A model generated the notes under the pieces. It did not search any database and had not been told where the DNA came from. It saw nothing but the letters and a program-made list of their open reading frames with translations. Positions 63,497 through 64,000 of a stretch of 64,000 nucleotides of DNA are shown one piece after another (within the stretch, counting starts at the first letter, position 1; every line of letters begins with the position of its first letter). The translations under genes were made by a program, and so were the position numbers. Source of the DNA: Methanomassiliicoccaceae archaeon (GTDB lineage: Archaea > Thermoplasmatota > Thermoplasmata > Methanomassiliicoccales > Methanomassiliicoccaceae); the NCBI GenBank assembly GCA_963728405.1, contig CAVSJV010000002.1, positions 96,001 through 160,000 of the forward strand, read 5' to 3'.

Positions 63497-63625
63497 GATG
63501 CTCAATCCCCCAAGGTCCTGTAGCCTGTTTGAATCTTTCGCAAGCTCCTCTCGATCCAAGGAGCACCACCGTAAAATAGCATCCTAGGTGTAATGGGCGT
63601 GACGGCTGGAGGAAAGTTCCGCAAT

Positions 63626-63805
63626 TCAACATTTTTCCTTCTTTTCTTCCACGGTCGTCCCGTGTCCATCGCGATATTTGTTCATAGTGGCCGATGCGAT
63701 GCGCTCGGCATCAGCCTCCGAACGGCCCTCCTAATTTTCCTCAGAATCCTTGACATGCTCGTACATCCTGTTCATCTTAGGGCCCCTTACTCCTCTGGGT
63801 GGCAT
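63626..63805 (-). CDS. Small basic protein with an in-frame TAG at codon 25
   Basis: MPPRGVRGPKMNRMYEHVKDSEEN*EGRSEADAERIASATMNKYRDGHGTTVEEKKEKC; GAGG RBS upstream. Confidence 0.5.
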
Positions 63806-64000
63806 TCTACTGCCTCTTGAAAGGGTGGATTTTCGGCCCTATTGGAAAGATGCCCGCCGTAGCTGCGCCCCAAGTGACTGTTGGTGGATCATGTTGCTGT
63901 CATGTCGTATGATGGCTCGAGGGTCCTAACGATCTCAATAAGAGTGTTCTGAACGCCTCATCTCGTTCATTACTGGGGGAAGACGAAGGCTGGCACCATT

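Overview
Archaeal methanogen chromosome, most likely Methanomassiliicoccales. The evidence is an mcrBDGA operon with mcrC relocated next to atwA, MtaA-type methyltransferases, a corrinoid protein, RamA and several DUF835 proteins. Bases 1-31 kb form a methanogenesis super-cluster: corrinoid/methyltransferase/RamA genes, ycaO-tfuA, mcrBDGA, atwA-mcrC and markers 3-6-5-15-17-7. The rest holds a copper-export locus, a STAND/TPR regulator locus, trpB2, nrdJ, RNase P RNA, a DsrE-TusA-MvhD-HdrA-HdrA-FdhB-FdhB-MvhD operon, an adenine deaminase-PRTase fusion, tRNA-Leu(GAG) and an accessory tail. About 15 single-base indels, eight of them ACGT->AC(A/T)GT, look like sequencing errors. Three signals are not explained by these features. 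(1) A promoter-driven array of four RBS-led 8-aa ORFs (MFGSIGPH) faces an HTH-NB-ARC-TPR gene and shares a palindrome with the neighbouring DUF835 promoter, suggesting a peptide-sensing system. (2) A palindrome TGGATGG-N5-CCATCCA sits 8 nt upstream of the TATA boxes of mcrB and the corrinoid gene and overlaps the promoter of a wHTH regulator gene, suggesting an mcr regulon. (3) A ~283-nt structured RNA candidate has its own promoter and terminator. All family calls come from motifs recognised by eye; no searches were run.
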